64,000 nt of DNA from Chiloscyllium plagiosum (Eukaryota). A program made the translations under genes and the position numbers. Where the stretch lies: contig NC_057719.1 in the NCBI RefSeq assembly GCF_004010195.1, positions 60,499,080-60,563,079 of the forward strand, in the 5' to 3' direction. This document shows, in pieces, positions 11,521 through 24,499 of the stretch (its first letter is position 1; each line of letters starts with the position of its first letter). The notes beneath the pieces were generated by a model. The model made no database searches and had not been told where the DNA came from. It was given only the letters and a program-made list of their open reading frames with translations.

Positions 11521-13814
11521 CAGTGGTAGTGGCTGTTCTCCTCAGAGCATGAACTCTCAAGTGGTGCATAGCCATGCTTGAAATATATGGTACAAACTCA
11601 AAAGATGTTGCAATGGTGAGCCCCTCTGCCTTCCCTTCAGCACAATTACATGAGAAGAGCACTTAAGGGGTCAGTTGCATTATGAATGAGGTGAACAGTA
11701 GACATTTGCACAAGAAAAAATGATCTAACCATGAGGGACCAGGTGCCATGAATTTCACTTCATAAAATATATGTGGAAAAATAATATTTCTGTCCTTAGG
11801 GGAGCTTGCTTTGTACAATAGTTACTTATTGATTTGTAAGTATGCTTGTGCTTTTGTCACTTAACAGCAAATTAGGGATGTGCTGGAAATGTAAACAGCG
11901 TTTGGAACAAAACAGACTGGAGAATTAGCACCAACACTGTTGGAGATGTTTACATAAAAGGTCACCTCATGAAAAAAATGACAAGCAGCTCACGTGACAA
12001 TATGAAAATAAAGTACCTTCTGTGCTTGTCAGAATTCTAATTAAACTAAATACAATATAAATAACTTCTATTTAAACAAATCCTCACACCATATGTTGCA
12101 TAAATAGGACCTTTTGAAATCGTGGATTGTCCATTGCACAGAACTTTATTGTCACCTGTGACTTTGACACCAGTGTCACCAAGTTAATTAATTCATGGAA
12201 TAAACTAAGCAGGAGAATAATTTTAGGTTTTATTTATATCAATGGGATTGCCAACTGACTTTGGGTGGAGATGTTGTGACTGGAAACCCATGATCAAATA
12301 GGTGGGTTAGAATATTTAATCTCAGTTCAAAAAGTACTAATTAGTTTTGAATCCCTAATTTTCCAACTCCTACCTGCACAGCAGGTGAAATGTGCAGGAT
12401 GAACTCTCAACAGTATTGAAAGGAACATACGGAAATTGGAGATGACCAAGATGGATGGGGTAGCAAAGCAGGACCTCAGATTGAATAATGGACAACTGCA
12501 GTCATTGTTGACTGCAGTCAGGAAGAGCAGGGATATACTTGAACAACAGAAGGAAGAATCCATTAGCTCTCAAAAAGGTGCAACTGGAAATAAATGAGGA
12601 GATGAACAGTAGGAGTATTGCACTCAAATCTTAGATACAAAGTAGAAAGTGATTTAATGACCGAACTAGATCCAGAAAGTATGTGCCTTACTTCAACTGC
12701 ATCCTGCTCTTTCACAACCACCAGCATCCCCCTCAACTCTCTGATTTACTGTCCGTGATCACATCATTCCTCATATTAACTCGACATTCAACAGCACACA
12801 GCCTTCACTTGCTATTTTATTCACTGATCCTAACCCTTTCAATATGTTGCATGTTTTTCACAGACAGCTCACAAATGCACTGAAATGCATTGTATCCATC
12901 AAGTGAAAATCTAATCTTCACTCACAGGTTTCTTTTCTTCATCTTTTATAAGAAAAGAGAATGCAAAGGGGAAAGGAGAAAAAACAACAATGGTCCTACT
13001 CTCCATTGCAGAGGAGGACACTATGGAGATAGGTTCTGCATCTATTTCCATATCTTTCAGAGGTTGGACCGAAGGGTCTGTTTCCGTGCTGTTCATCTCT
13101 ATGACTCTATGGAGAAACAAGGAGATCCCACATAGCTAGTAACAGAAATACAAATATCTCTGCAACACATATGCTCACTTCAGTCCATTAACGATAGAAC
13201 TAGGATTCCTAGTCAAACTAAGGTTCTGTCTTACATTTCCACAAAAGTACTGTGGAATAAGTAATAATGGAATAACTTGTAATAATATTAATAAGTACTG
13301 CCTAAATAGCTTACTCCTGCTCTTAATTCCAGTTCGAGGTCAGAAACATTCACACAGGATCTTGGAAAGTAGGGGCATTGCCCATTTGAAGCTGAAACTT
13401 CCTCGGCAACTCCCATGTGGGTCAGTGCATTGGTACTTCTATAAGGTCACTGTCAGGGGCGAGACATATGACCAATATCTGCTGGCCAGAAGATTTGCAT
13501 CATTAATAAATGAATACATCTTGTGGTATAACACTCTAGCTTGTTGTAGAGGTGGTTGAAGTGTCAAGTGTCCTCATACCTGTGGAAATCAAATCAGAAA
13601 GGTAGACCTGCTTAATACCTATCATCACAAGTAGTTTTGATTATTGTTGGCACTGGCGAACAATTTCCAAGCAGAACTCAGATATTGATTATTCTCCAGT
13701 AGTGCCCTGGAAGGAGCTGATGTTCTAAAAAGAGTGTTCTGTCACTTTTAGAGCCCTTAGTATTACATGGCCACAAGAAGCAGCAAAGCTGCAAATATCT
13801 GGCATTAAAAACCT

Positions 13815-13997
13815 TCCTCCAGTTCACCTGACCTGCACATCTTTGGACTGAGAGAGAAAACCGGAGCACCGGGGAGAACCCTCACAGACACAGGTTGAAT
13901 GTGCAAACTCCACACAGACAGTCACCCAAGTCTGGAATCGAACCCTGGTCCCTGGTGCTGAGGCAGCAGTGCTAACCACTGAGCCACCGTGCTGCCT
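13815..13997 (-). mobile_element. tRNA-derived SINE, head and V domain
   Basis: Reverse complement of GGCAGCACGGTGGCTCAGTGGTTAGCACTGCTGCCTC..GTGTGGAGTTTGCACATT. Confidence 0.85.
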
Positions 13998-14184
13998 TTA
14001 ATGTCTTTAATAATAACTTTTCCAATCTAAAGCGACCAACCCTGAATCTGAGTTTTGTTCCAATAAAATTATTAAGGATTACTAATTATTCAAAGATTAA
14101 TTTCCTCCATTCGTCGAGGGTAGGGTAGGTGCTTGAAATTATGTAATGAGCCCAAATCATCTTTAATATTAAAAGGCAGTCCAT

Positions 14185-14420
14185 GTTCAAATTCAACAAG
14201 GTCTGGACAATATCCAAGCTTAGACTGAGAAGTGACAAGTAACATTTGCACCACAGAAATGCCAGGCAATGACCAGCTGCCATAAGAGACAATCTAACCA
14301 CTGTCCCTTGTCATTCAATGGTGTTACCATCACTGAATCCCCCAATTTGGGTCACCATTGACTTGAATCTCAACTAGACTCACCAATTAAAACAGTGGTT
14401 AAAACAGAAAGTCAAAAGTT
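14185..14420 (+). mobile_element. L2/CR1-clade LINE RT fragment
   Basis: QQGLDNIQA..KxQVTFAPQKCQAMT; similar to 50990-51240. Confidence 0.65.
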
Positions 14421-14544
14421 ACGAATACAATCATGACGCCACGCTGTGGAAAGTGTGCAGGAGATGTGCACAGTAAAGTCACTGAGGTTGCAGGCAGTGC
14501 TACCTTTGCCACATTGTTTACTGATAATTGCATAAATGGCTGGT

Positions 14545-15180
14545 TTCATCGATTCCCAACAGTGCGGAAGCAGGCCATTCAGCTCATCAGCATGGTGGCT
14601 CAGTGGTTAGCACTGCTGCCTCACAGCACCAAGGTCCTAGGTTTGATTCCAGCCTTGGGCGACTGTGTGGAGTTTGTACATTCTCCCCGTGTCTGCTTGG
14701 GTTTCCTCTGTGTGCTCCGGTTTCTTCCTATAGAACAAAGATGTGCAGGCCAGGTGAATTGACCATGCTAAATTGCCCATAGTGTTAGGTGCATTTTTCA
14801 GAAGGAAATGGGTCTGGGTGGGTTACTCTTCGGAGGGTCAGTGTGGACTTGTTGGGCCAAAGGGCCTGTTTCCACACTGTAGGGAATCTAATCGAGTCCA
14901 CACTGACTCTCTGAAGAGCATCCCATCCAGAGCCACCCCCTATTCCTGAAACCCTGCATTTTCCATGTCTATCCCACCTGACCTGCACTTTATAGTCAAT
15001 TTAGTTTGGCCAATCGACCTAACCTGCACATCTTTGGACTGTGGGAGGAAACTGGAGCACCCAGCGGAAACCCACACAAACAAGGGGAGAATGTGCAAAC
15101 TCTACTCCTAGGCTGGAATTAGACTCAGGTCTCAGGAACCGTAAGGCAGCAGTGCTAACCACTGCACCAACATGCCTCCC
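14545..15180. mobile_element. plus-strand SINE (about 14590-14893) nested inside a minus-strand SINE of the same family
   Basis: Minus-strand tail at 14545-14589 resumes at 14894 (GAGTCCACACTGACTC) and runs to a head at about 15180. Confidence 0.8.
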
Positions 15181-16289
15181 CGGCTAGTTTCCCTGGCTAC
15201 TTGGATAAGCAGTGATTTTGGATGCTGTGGTTCCTGCATCGGATTGTAGGCATTAGGTATAAAACACATTTTTTTTAAAGTTCCAAAATCTTAATCTATG
15301 ATGGGGATTCTCAGTTGTGCTTAACCTAATTTGGTATAAATACCATTTATGAACAACATAGAATTCCCAGGAATTCCTATGTAATTAAGAACCTATGTTT
15401 CTCACAGAATATCAGTAATTGTTACTTTTAATTATGGATGTTTAATTGACCAAATCAGTTAACAAATTTAAAACTTTTTAAAGTACATGATACTGCTTCA
15501 AAGATAAATTCAGCTGCTGAGTTCAGACGTTTTGCTTATTTCTCTAAAGCTGCCAACAAAGTGTTAAATTGCATCTAGTGTAACTAAAATGACCGTAGCT
15601 TAATTCAGTCCCTTCAAACCTCTCCTTGGATTAAAAGTTGTGACCTACATATCAATGGCATAAAACAACATGGATATGTTTTCACTTCTTACACTTCTCC
15701 AGCCATAGTAAAAACTCACAATAATGCTGGTTAGTTAGAAGCCCTATCCACAGAGATCCCTGTTTCAGATGGTCAGTGGATCAACAAATGTGGAGCAGCT
15801 GTACCTAACAGTTATTTAGCATTTTTCTAATACCTTTTATTTTGCTATGACTGCCATATAACTTACTTTTGAGACAATGAGGAACATTTCTCCAACACTT
15901 TCTTTTACTTTGCACAGTTTGACAAAAATCTGCATTTTCCCATCCTTCTTTTCCTTCTTAGGCTCACAATACAGTTCTTCAGTCAGATGCCGATTTATTC
16001 TTTGATGCCCATCCATGAGATGTATCATGTGACAAACCCAGCACATAGAATTTCACCACATCCCGTTTATATTCATTGATAGAATCTTGTTTAAAAATAC
16101 AAGTAATGCATTGGTTTACTGTCAATATGTCTGTCTGTATTGGTTTACAATAACTTGAGCTGAGTCTTGCAGGCATGTCTCACTAATAGAAATAGAACAA
16201 ATGTTTTTGTTTTAGAACTAGCCAAGGCCAAGTTGTAAGATGTTAATTTATTACCATAAAAATTAGCACAATCATTACACCTTGTTAAA

Positions 16290-17220
16290 TTGTCCATAAT
16301 GTTCAGGGATGCGTAGGTTAGGTCCATTAGTCATGGGAAATGTAGGGTAGAGAATGGGTCTGATGGGATACTCTTCGGCAGATCGGTGTGGACCTATTGG
16401 GCCAAATGGCCTATTTCCACACTGTAGGGATTCTATGATAACAGCATACTTGAATAAGTTCAATGTAATCAGACAGAACCAACATGATTTTGTCAAAGGC
16501 AAAGTGTGAAACAGTCCATTATAGCAGAAAGGACAAAACAAGCATATTATCTAAATGGTGAGAAGTTGCAGAGCTTGGAGATGCAGGTCCCTGGGTGTCC
16601 GAGTGCATAAATCACAGAAGGTTACTATGCAGCTACAACAAGTAATCATGAAAGCTAATAGAATTGAAATGGGAATTGAATGCAAGACTAGGGAAGTTAT
16701 GCTTCAGTTATGCAGGGATTCGTTAGCCCTCACCTGGAGTACTGAGTACAGTACTGGACACCATACTTGTAGAAAGTTGTCCATGAGTTGGAAGCAGTTC
16801 ACAGAAGATTTACCAGACTAAAATCTGTAATAAGCAGATTGTCTTATTAGCAGAGTCTTGACAGGCTAGGCCTGTTCCTCTGGAGTTTAGAAGTGTCAGC
16901 AATGACTTAATTGAAACATAAGATCCTAAGGGTCTTGATTGGGTAGATGTTGAAAGGATGTTTTCTCTTGTGGGAGCATCTAGAATTGGAGTTCATAGTT
17001 TAAAAATAAAAGGCTGTTAATTTATAATGGAGATGCAAAAACATTTTTTTCTGAAGTTTAAAATCTTTGGGAGTCTCTTCTTCAAAAAACAGTAGATCCA
17101 CAAACTTTAAATACTTTAAAGCACAACTTGAATAGATTCTTGATTACCGAGAGAATGAAAGATTATCAGAGATATGGAGAGATGTAGAGTGGTCTACACT
17201 TGCTCCTTGTTCATATGACA
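16290..17220 (+). mobile_element. SINE 3' half (16290-16440) followed by a degenerate CR1 3' region
   Basis: SINE tail GGGCCAAATGGCCTATTTCCACACTGTAGGGATTCTATG; CR1 motifs LGVRVHKSQKVTMQ and REVMLQL. Confidence 0.7.
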
Positions 17221-17964
17221 GTCTGCGAGCATCAGATTAGTTAACGTATACTATATAACACACTTACTGGTTTAACACAACAATTCCCTTTGAATAGGCA
17301 GGAAGATAGTATTCTAACTGTTTAAGAATAATCACATTGCACATTTACTCTAAGTGTAATGATTATTTCCACTCAAAATCAATTCCATTGATATCACTTG
17401 TACATAAATTTCATTTTAATTAATTCATAATTTGGAGCAAAATCTAGTGGAAGGACTACCTTGGATTTTATGTTGAATTGTTATTGACAATTATACTATG
17501 AAAACGCTTTGAAACTTAAATTTGGTCACAGTATTTTTCTTTCCATGAAAAGTATTTGCAATTAAAGTTATAAAAATACAATCACAATTGGAAAATTTGA
17601 TCAGCTTTTCCAGTTACAATGATTTTCATTATCCCCATCACCAACTCATCCTTTCCTCAATTTGTCAAACTCTATTTCTGGGAATAGATTCTGGATTATT
17701 ATCTGCCATAAACCCACTACCTCCCAGAGCTATTTTGATTATACATCCTTCTCTTCCACTTCCTTTAATTGCTCAATTCTCCTCCTAATTTCACAGGCTT
17801 GCATGTTATCCATTCTGACAATCTTTCCTTCAATATTTGCACTTCCAACACACAATCACATTTTTTTCCTCAACTGAGAATTCCCTTTCACTATAGTCTC
17901 AGGTTTCATTTCCTCACCACAGCTCCCACCCCCTTCATACTGAAACCACAGTAAGGTTTATCAT

Positions 17965-18300
17965 GTTATAGAGTCATAGAGATGTACAGCACAGAAACAG
18001 ACCCTTCAGTTCAACTTGTCCATGCCGACCAGGTATCTTAAATTAATCTAGTCCCATTTGTCAGCACTTGGCCCGTATCCTTTTAAATCCTTCACTTTCC
18101 TATACCTATCCAGATGCCTTTTAAATGCTGTAATTGTTCCAGCTTCCACCACTTCCTCTGGCAGCTCATTCCATACATGCATCACCCTTTGCATGAAAAA
18201 GCTGCCCCTTAGGTCCCTTTTCAATCTTTCCCCTTTCACCCACTCACCCAACACCTATGCCCTCTCATTCTGGACTCCCTCAACCCAGGGACAAGACCTT
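17965..18300 (-). mobile_element. CR1 3' end
   Basis: LKRDLRGSFFMQRVMHVWNELPEEVVEAG plus a 3' UTR tail. Confidence 0.85.
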
Positions 18301-18688
18301 GTCAATTTACACAAGACTAGGTTATAGTCCAACAGGTCTACCTGGAAACACCAGCTGCCTGAGCACTGCCTCATCTTTCATATACCAGCCTTCACATTCA
18401 AATGGATCTCCCTCTACCATTTCTGTAACCTCAAAAATATCTTGCCCTCCTTTTTCACATTTAGAGGGTTCCACCACCATTCATCCTCAAACATCCTCAA
18501 TATCTCTTCTTTCTACAATACAATCCATGGAAGTGCAGGAGACATATTTCTTGCCCTTTGCTTTATCCCTTCTAATGATGTTAGGTTCTCAACATTCCTT
18601 GAAGTGTTGACCTGTGATTCTCTCCTCAATTCCACTCATCTGTGATCAGCAAAGCATCTCATTTTTTGATTGGTCACATTACAAACTT

Positions 18689-19386
18689 TGAGGAGAAAGT
18701 GAGGACTGCAGATGCTGGAGATCAGAGCTGAAAATGTGTTGCTGGAAAAGCGCAGCAGGTCAGGCAGCATCCAAGGAACAGGAGAATTGACGTTTCGGGC
18801 ATAAGCCCTTCTTCAGGAATGAGGAAAGTGTCCAGCAGGTTAGGATAAAAGGTAGGGAGGAGGGACTTGGGGGAGGGGTGTTGGAAATGCGATAGGTGGA
18901 AAGAGGTCAAGGTGAGGGTGATAGGCCGGAGTGGGGGTGGGGGCGGAGAGATCAGGAGGAAGATTGCAGGTTAGGAAGGTGGTGCTGAGTTCGAGGGATT
19001 TGACTGAGACAAGGTGGGGACCAACCAACCCAACCACCCCGTGGCTCAACACTTCAACTCCCCCTCCCACTCCACCAACGACATGCAGGTCCTTGGACTC
19101 CTCCATTGCCAGACCATAGCAACACGACGGTTGGAAGAAGAGCGCCTCATCTTCCGCCTAGGAACCCTCCAACCACAAGGGATGAACTCAGATTTCTCCA
19201 GTTTCCCCATTTCCCTGACCTCCTTCCACCTATCGCATTTCCAACGCCCCTCCCCCAAGTCCCTCCTCCCTACCTTTTATCCTAACCTGCTGGACACACT
19301 TTCCTCATTCCTGAAGAAGGGCTTATGCCCGAAACGTTGATTCTCCTGTTCCTTGGATGCTGCCTGACCTGCTGCGCTTTTCAGCC
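18689..19386. mobile_element. Penelope-like element, two 3' ends in inverted orientation
   Basis: GIY-YIG C-terminus PVAQHFNSPSH..RRLEEERLIFRLGTLQPQGMNSDF; 18750-18912 inverted relative to 19215-19382; 14-bp TSD CACATTACAAACTT at 18675-18688 and 19387-19400. Confidence 0.9.
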
Positions 19387-21829
19387 CACATTACAAACTT
19401 CCAAACTGAACATAAAAGAGCACAAATTCTCACATCATAATCACCATTTCCATTTTTTCAGACTGCAGTTGTTAGCAATGATTTTGCAATTGGCATTTAG
19501 ACGTCTTCTAAGCATATCTTTTGTTCCTGTACATATGCCATTTGCTATCTTTTGTACCATGTTCCTTAATACAGAATTATCACTCTCATACTGGATTGGA
19601 AAGCAAGCAAGTTAGGATCAAGTTACTAAAAAGTCTCATATAAATTTCCTTAGTAGACAGACTGATACATTGCTCCATAAGTTATGGACTCAGCTTCAGT
19701 CTAACATATTGTTGCTGAGAGTCCGCATGACTGCTGGTCATGTGATATCATCCAGGTTCAGTGATAATTAATATGCTCAGCTCTTAAAGCTTTAATACAT
19801 CATCCTTTTTTTAATCCCAAGATAAAATTAATGCAGCGTGAGAATGTATATAAGTTAAATCATTTCAAAACTATTAGCACAGAATAAAATAATTGCAAAA
19901 ATTATGAGTTTAAGAATCTAAGAATCTGCATCTCATATCAGTGGTTTAATAATCCTTGCAGATCCTGTGATGGTATAACCTTCAGGAGATGTAGACATTA
20001 CACTTGGATGTTCTTAACTTGAATATACAAAGGTATCTATGTGTTGTTAGAGTGTTGGTTGTTGTCATGATGGTCTTCCACACCTCCATTCTCTGAGCAT
20101 AACTTTGTGGATGAGCTATGCACAGTTGGGGTCCTGTGCAATTCCATGATTTGGCTTCTGTTTCTCCTCAATGCTGCTCCTTTAGGTTCACTGCAGAGTT
20201 TGGATACTTCTGCAGGCAATAATGCCCCATATGCAGAATATCTGACTGTTCTGTGTGCAAATTACGCAGTTCTGCACGTGCATGTTGATCATGTATCGTA
20301 TTCAGTCAGTCCTTTATTTGAGAGGTTCTTATTGCAGTTATGAGAATTTGGGCAGCTTTTTGGCAAACAGACCATTGATTTGGGAAATGTGGGGAGGCAG
20401 TCACATAATTCAAGCTCCATTTGGTATATATGCCATTGAAAGGTCTGCCTGTATATCCCTGCTCATTGTCAGATGTGATCTCTTCAAATGACCAAACAGG
20501 ATAAATATAGCACTTACTGGCCCAGAAATTCTGATCAGAATTCGAAAGCCTATTTCAAACTTCAATGAGACATTTATACAAATACACAAAAGATTCATTT
20601 AGACGACATTGACTCTGAAAACTTTTGGAAATAGCATCCTGTTCTGAAACAGGGATGCCTGACCAGAAATCCTTTTAGCCAGTAGGGAAGATGAATATTA
20701 TTGAAACCAGGCCCCCTTCTGCAACAATGAATGTGACATATTTTGTAATTTAAATGCCCAGTAGCACTATCAGCCACTTTGATAACATCTTCAAAAAGTA
20801 AGAATGCATGTTCAGGGGTGGAGGACAGGAGCGTGAGGGAGAAGAAGGTTAGGATGGAAGATTGGTGAGGGGCTAGGGTGACAGGTGAGTGAGAGTTTCG
20901 GGGTAGCAGATGGGGGAGCAGGAGCAGGTGCCAATGGGTGAAGTAAGTGGATGAATGTTTAGGGTAGGTTGAAGGGTGAGTCAGGTGGATACGTTGGCCT
21001 GGGAACAAAGGGAAGAGTCGAGTTGGGTCGCTGTGATAATGCTGGGCAGGTTGTCAGGTTAGGTGTCAATTGGTGCAGAACGGGAGTATTGGATTGGATT
21101 CCAGGGGATGTTAGGTCAGTTTCTCTATGGGTAGGTGGGAGTGGGTCCATTTAGAGATAGTGCAGAAGTTCCAGTGGTAGTTACAGGGGTCAAGGCTAAC
21201 TCAAGTTGATTGGGTTCTCTCCTCAGAAAGGGATTTGGTTTGGTTGCGTGTGGCTGTTGGGTCAAATCAGTACCCAAGGGCTAGGGCAAATGAGTCAACT
21301 GGGAAGGGGGTGTCAAGTCTGTTTGAGGTTGTTTTTAGCTTCATTTGGGTGGGAGAGGGGTTTGACTTGGGTCCTGAGAGAGTGGTATTGGGTGGAACTT
21401 AGGAGGGGTAGCAGATCAATTCTGGATGTGAGGTGGTAGTGTCTGGCTTGGTCCTGATGCTGATTGGAGAAGCAGTGTCAGGTCTGCACTGGGGCTTTGC
21501 AGAGACTATTTGCACTGAGTCCTGAGGAGTAGCTATCAGTCTGGGCTAGCAAACGTGCATCACTGCCTTCCCTTTTTCAGAAAAGCATACTGATCACAAT
21601 GTTGTATTCTTGTGTTATGTTCCTTATCATAGAATTAACATCTCATACTGGAGGTAACTTAGCTTAATTTTACTTGAAAATCTCAAACAGGTGTAATTAA
21701 CACACAAACTGCTGCAGTTATGGAACAATATACATTGTTACACTGAAAGTTCCAAATGGTTCTTCAAGGTCTGATCAAAATGATTGTAACAAAACACATG
21801 CATTTCAATATGTACCTAATTTATTGGGT

Positions 21830-22560
21830 TAAAATACTTAACATGATTATTGAAGACCATGGCATATTTTTTCAGCTCCTGGGAAGTACTGGACAACAAA
21901 GGGCACCCTGCAGCACACATCATACACAAGATTTGTTCAGTTGAGGAGGAACGTGATGGGCACTTGGAAGTGCTCAGGGATGTCCTCATAAGGGGGTGCG
22001 ATGCTCAACTCATTGACCACCAGTTCTGATGTCCACAGCGAGGAACCGTAATGACTTCCTGTGGAGACAGACACGTGTTGCAACCACAGGGTACCCTTCA
22101 TTGTCCAGTACATCCCAGGAGCCGAAAAAATACAACATGGACTTCGTAGCCAGTCTGACCACTGTGGCACAGACAGTCACACAGGGAAGCTTACACCTTC
22201 AATACATTATCTGGGCCGACATGACACCAATTGTTAAAGTTCACTTGAGAATGCAACTATTAAAAAAAAAGTTTTGCGATTTACATATGAAAGAACTGAA
22301 ACCAACATGTTCATTCTAAAAGCTGAGAGACTTAACAAACAATCCAGGTCTTTTTCAATATATAATTTCAATTACATCACACTGTAAACTTTTGCGATAA
22401 GTTCTGTGTCATATAATCTTATTCTCCATAACCACCTGATGAAAGAGCAGCGCTCCGAAAGCTAGTGCTTCCAAATAAACCTGTTGGACTATAACCTGCT
22501 GTTGTGTGATTTTTAACTTGATATACTCCAGTCCAACACCAACATCTCCAAATCATCACA
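21830..22560 (+). mobile_element. Penelope-like element, internally deleted, with an inverted 5' segment
   Basis: DAQLIDHQF..RNRNDFLWRQT..RVPFIVQYIPGAEK; 21857-21910 is inverted relative to 22088-22141; 3' end carries a hammerhead. Confidence 0.8.
22433..22467 (+). ncRNA. minimal type I hammerhead ribozyme motif (one stem II mismatch)
   Basis: CAC-CTGATGA-A-AGAGC agc GCTCC-GAA-AGCT-A-GTG; palindromic AGCT; CAC/GTG stem I. Confidence 0.75.
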
Positions 22561-22954
22561 TGATTATTTGTTAGTTTATACTACATATATTAAAGCTAAA
22601 TGGTTAGGTTAAGCTACTGATATATATTAAACAAGTGAGTTTCACACTGGCTTTTGCTCATTGGGGACTTTGGTGACGACGGTACTAGGAACTTCCAGAT
22701 TTCACAGCACCAGTCTCACGAACCCCAGTACGATAGTAAAAGTCCAATGAGTGGGGCAAACCCTCATATTCGTACTATTCTGAATCCACTGTTACATGCT
22801 GTATCACCATTTTGCAGTACTTTTAGCACTTTTCCAGACATTCCATTGTGCAAAAAACATTTGAAAAATATCTCCAGTGGCTCTGTGTTAACTGCACAGC
22901 AGTCTGTTCCCAGGCCCAGCCAAGATCACTGTAGTGATTTTACACTCGGCCTGT

Positions 22955-23050
22955 TTTCGTGATGAAGGGCTTATGCCTGAAATGTCAATTCCCCTGCTCC
23001 TCAGATGCTGCCTGAACTGCTGTGCTTTTGCAGCACTACATTCTTGACTC
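22955..23050 (+). mobile_element. Penelope terminal fragment with a decayed hammerhead
   Basis: GTGATGAAGGGCTTATGCCTGAAATGTC..GATGCTGCCTGAACTGCTGTGCTTTT. Confidence 0.75.
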
Positions 23051-24499
23051 TGTTTTTCGTGTTGTTTTCCACTTTGCTTCATTTGCTCATTGTCATGTCC
23101 AATTAACTCTTATCAATTAACTCTTAACAAACTGGGTTGGAGATATCACTTTTAAGTCCAACATTCCTATCCTTAGTCTAGCATGCTGCTGCTTGGAGTC
23201 TACATGGTCATGTGGTGTCCTCCTGGTCCTTGGCTCATTGGTATTCTCAAATCTAAAAGCAGTAGTACAACATTTATTGCCCCTTTTCATTTAACACCAT
23301 GGGGGGAGGAGGTAGTTAGAGATGCATCTGGTAAAACTGGTAAATTTCACTAGGCCCCACGGTGTGAATCCTTCCAAAATACTCAACGCAATTCAGACTT
23401 AACAACAGCAATTATTCCTTTTGCAATTTTCTGCCTCATTACAAACTCTTTTGATCTCATCTCCCTTTCCCTGTCTCTGTATTTACTACAAACCACTTAC
23501 TTTTTGGTTTTCAAGAATGACCATCAATCTAGAATCTTTAACTTTCACAGATGCTGCATGACTTGCTGAGTATTCACTGCATTTTTCTTTTTATTTAATA
23601 ATGTTGAATTGATTTGATGTCCCAATTAACTCATGAAGCTGAACTGAAATTAACTGCTATGAAAAAAATTGCAGATAAAATTAATAATCCTTTATTGTAT
23701 ACGTATCTTTTCACAACTGTGTCAAAGTTGACAATTTAAACAGAAACATGCAAAATTGCAAAGTAATACTCATGTATATTTGATTAAAATCATGTATATG
23801 TTCTTTTGTTCGACATGAAATGAAAGAGACTTTAAAGTAAATCATGAACTGTTAATATGACAGTGACAGTACCATTTTTTAAAAGGTTAAATCATAGTAT
23901 TAATCCAAATGACACTAATTCAGGAAATCATTGATTAAAAAGGGAAGGTTCCCCTCTACAAATTCACTTCTCTCAGTTTTTGGCAAGGATTACAACAGAG
24001 TGGCACAGAAGTTCCAGAAAATGACATAGTGACATAAATAATGCTATTGGGCTCTTGCTCCAAGGTTTCCTGGGGTTTCTATGCTACAATAATGGTATAC
24101 GCTATTCAAGAAAATGTGTCTAAATGAGCAATCACAAAATCAGCATTTGTAATATCTTAGATAAGGTAACAATGATATCATTTTGGAAAATAAATAATTT
24201 ATACATGCAAGAGAAAACTCTAACCTGTGTGTAATTAAAATGTCTGCTTGCAATAAAATACTTTTGGATACAAAATTAAGAACACCTGTAGACTTCTTCC
24301 TCTGGGATTACATGAAAGAGATTCATTCAGGCAAATACTGATGTCAGAATGAACTTTAAAACAACAAAGTGTACTGCTCAGAAACAGATTCAAGGTTTGG
24401 CATGTGGTTTCAATGTTTTGATAATTTGTTGCTCTGATCTTCTCATTTTTACTTTTTTTAAACTGAACTAATACATTGCCCAATGGATTATACAATGTT

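Noticed and set aside
15860..16090. Minus-strand exon with a GTAAGT donor
   Set aside because: The acceptor-anchored frame has three stops, no recognisable family and no partner exons
20037..20598. Short overlapping ORFs as a host gene
   Set aside because: No recognisable domain, no consistent splice structure, and lengths expected by chance
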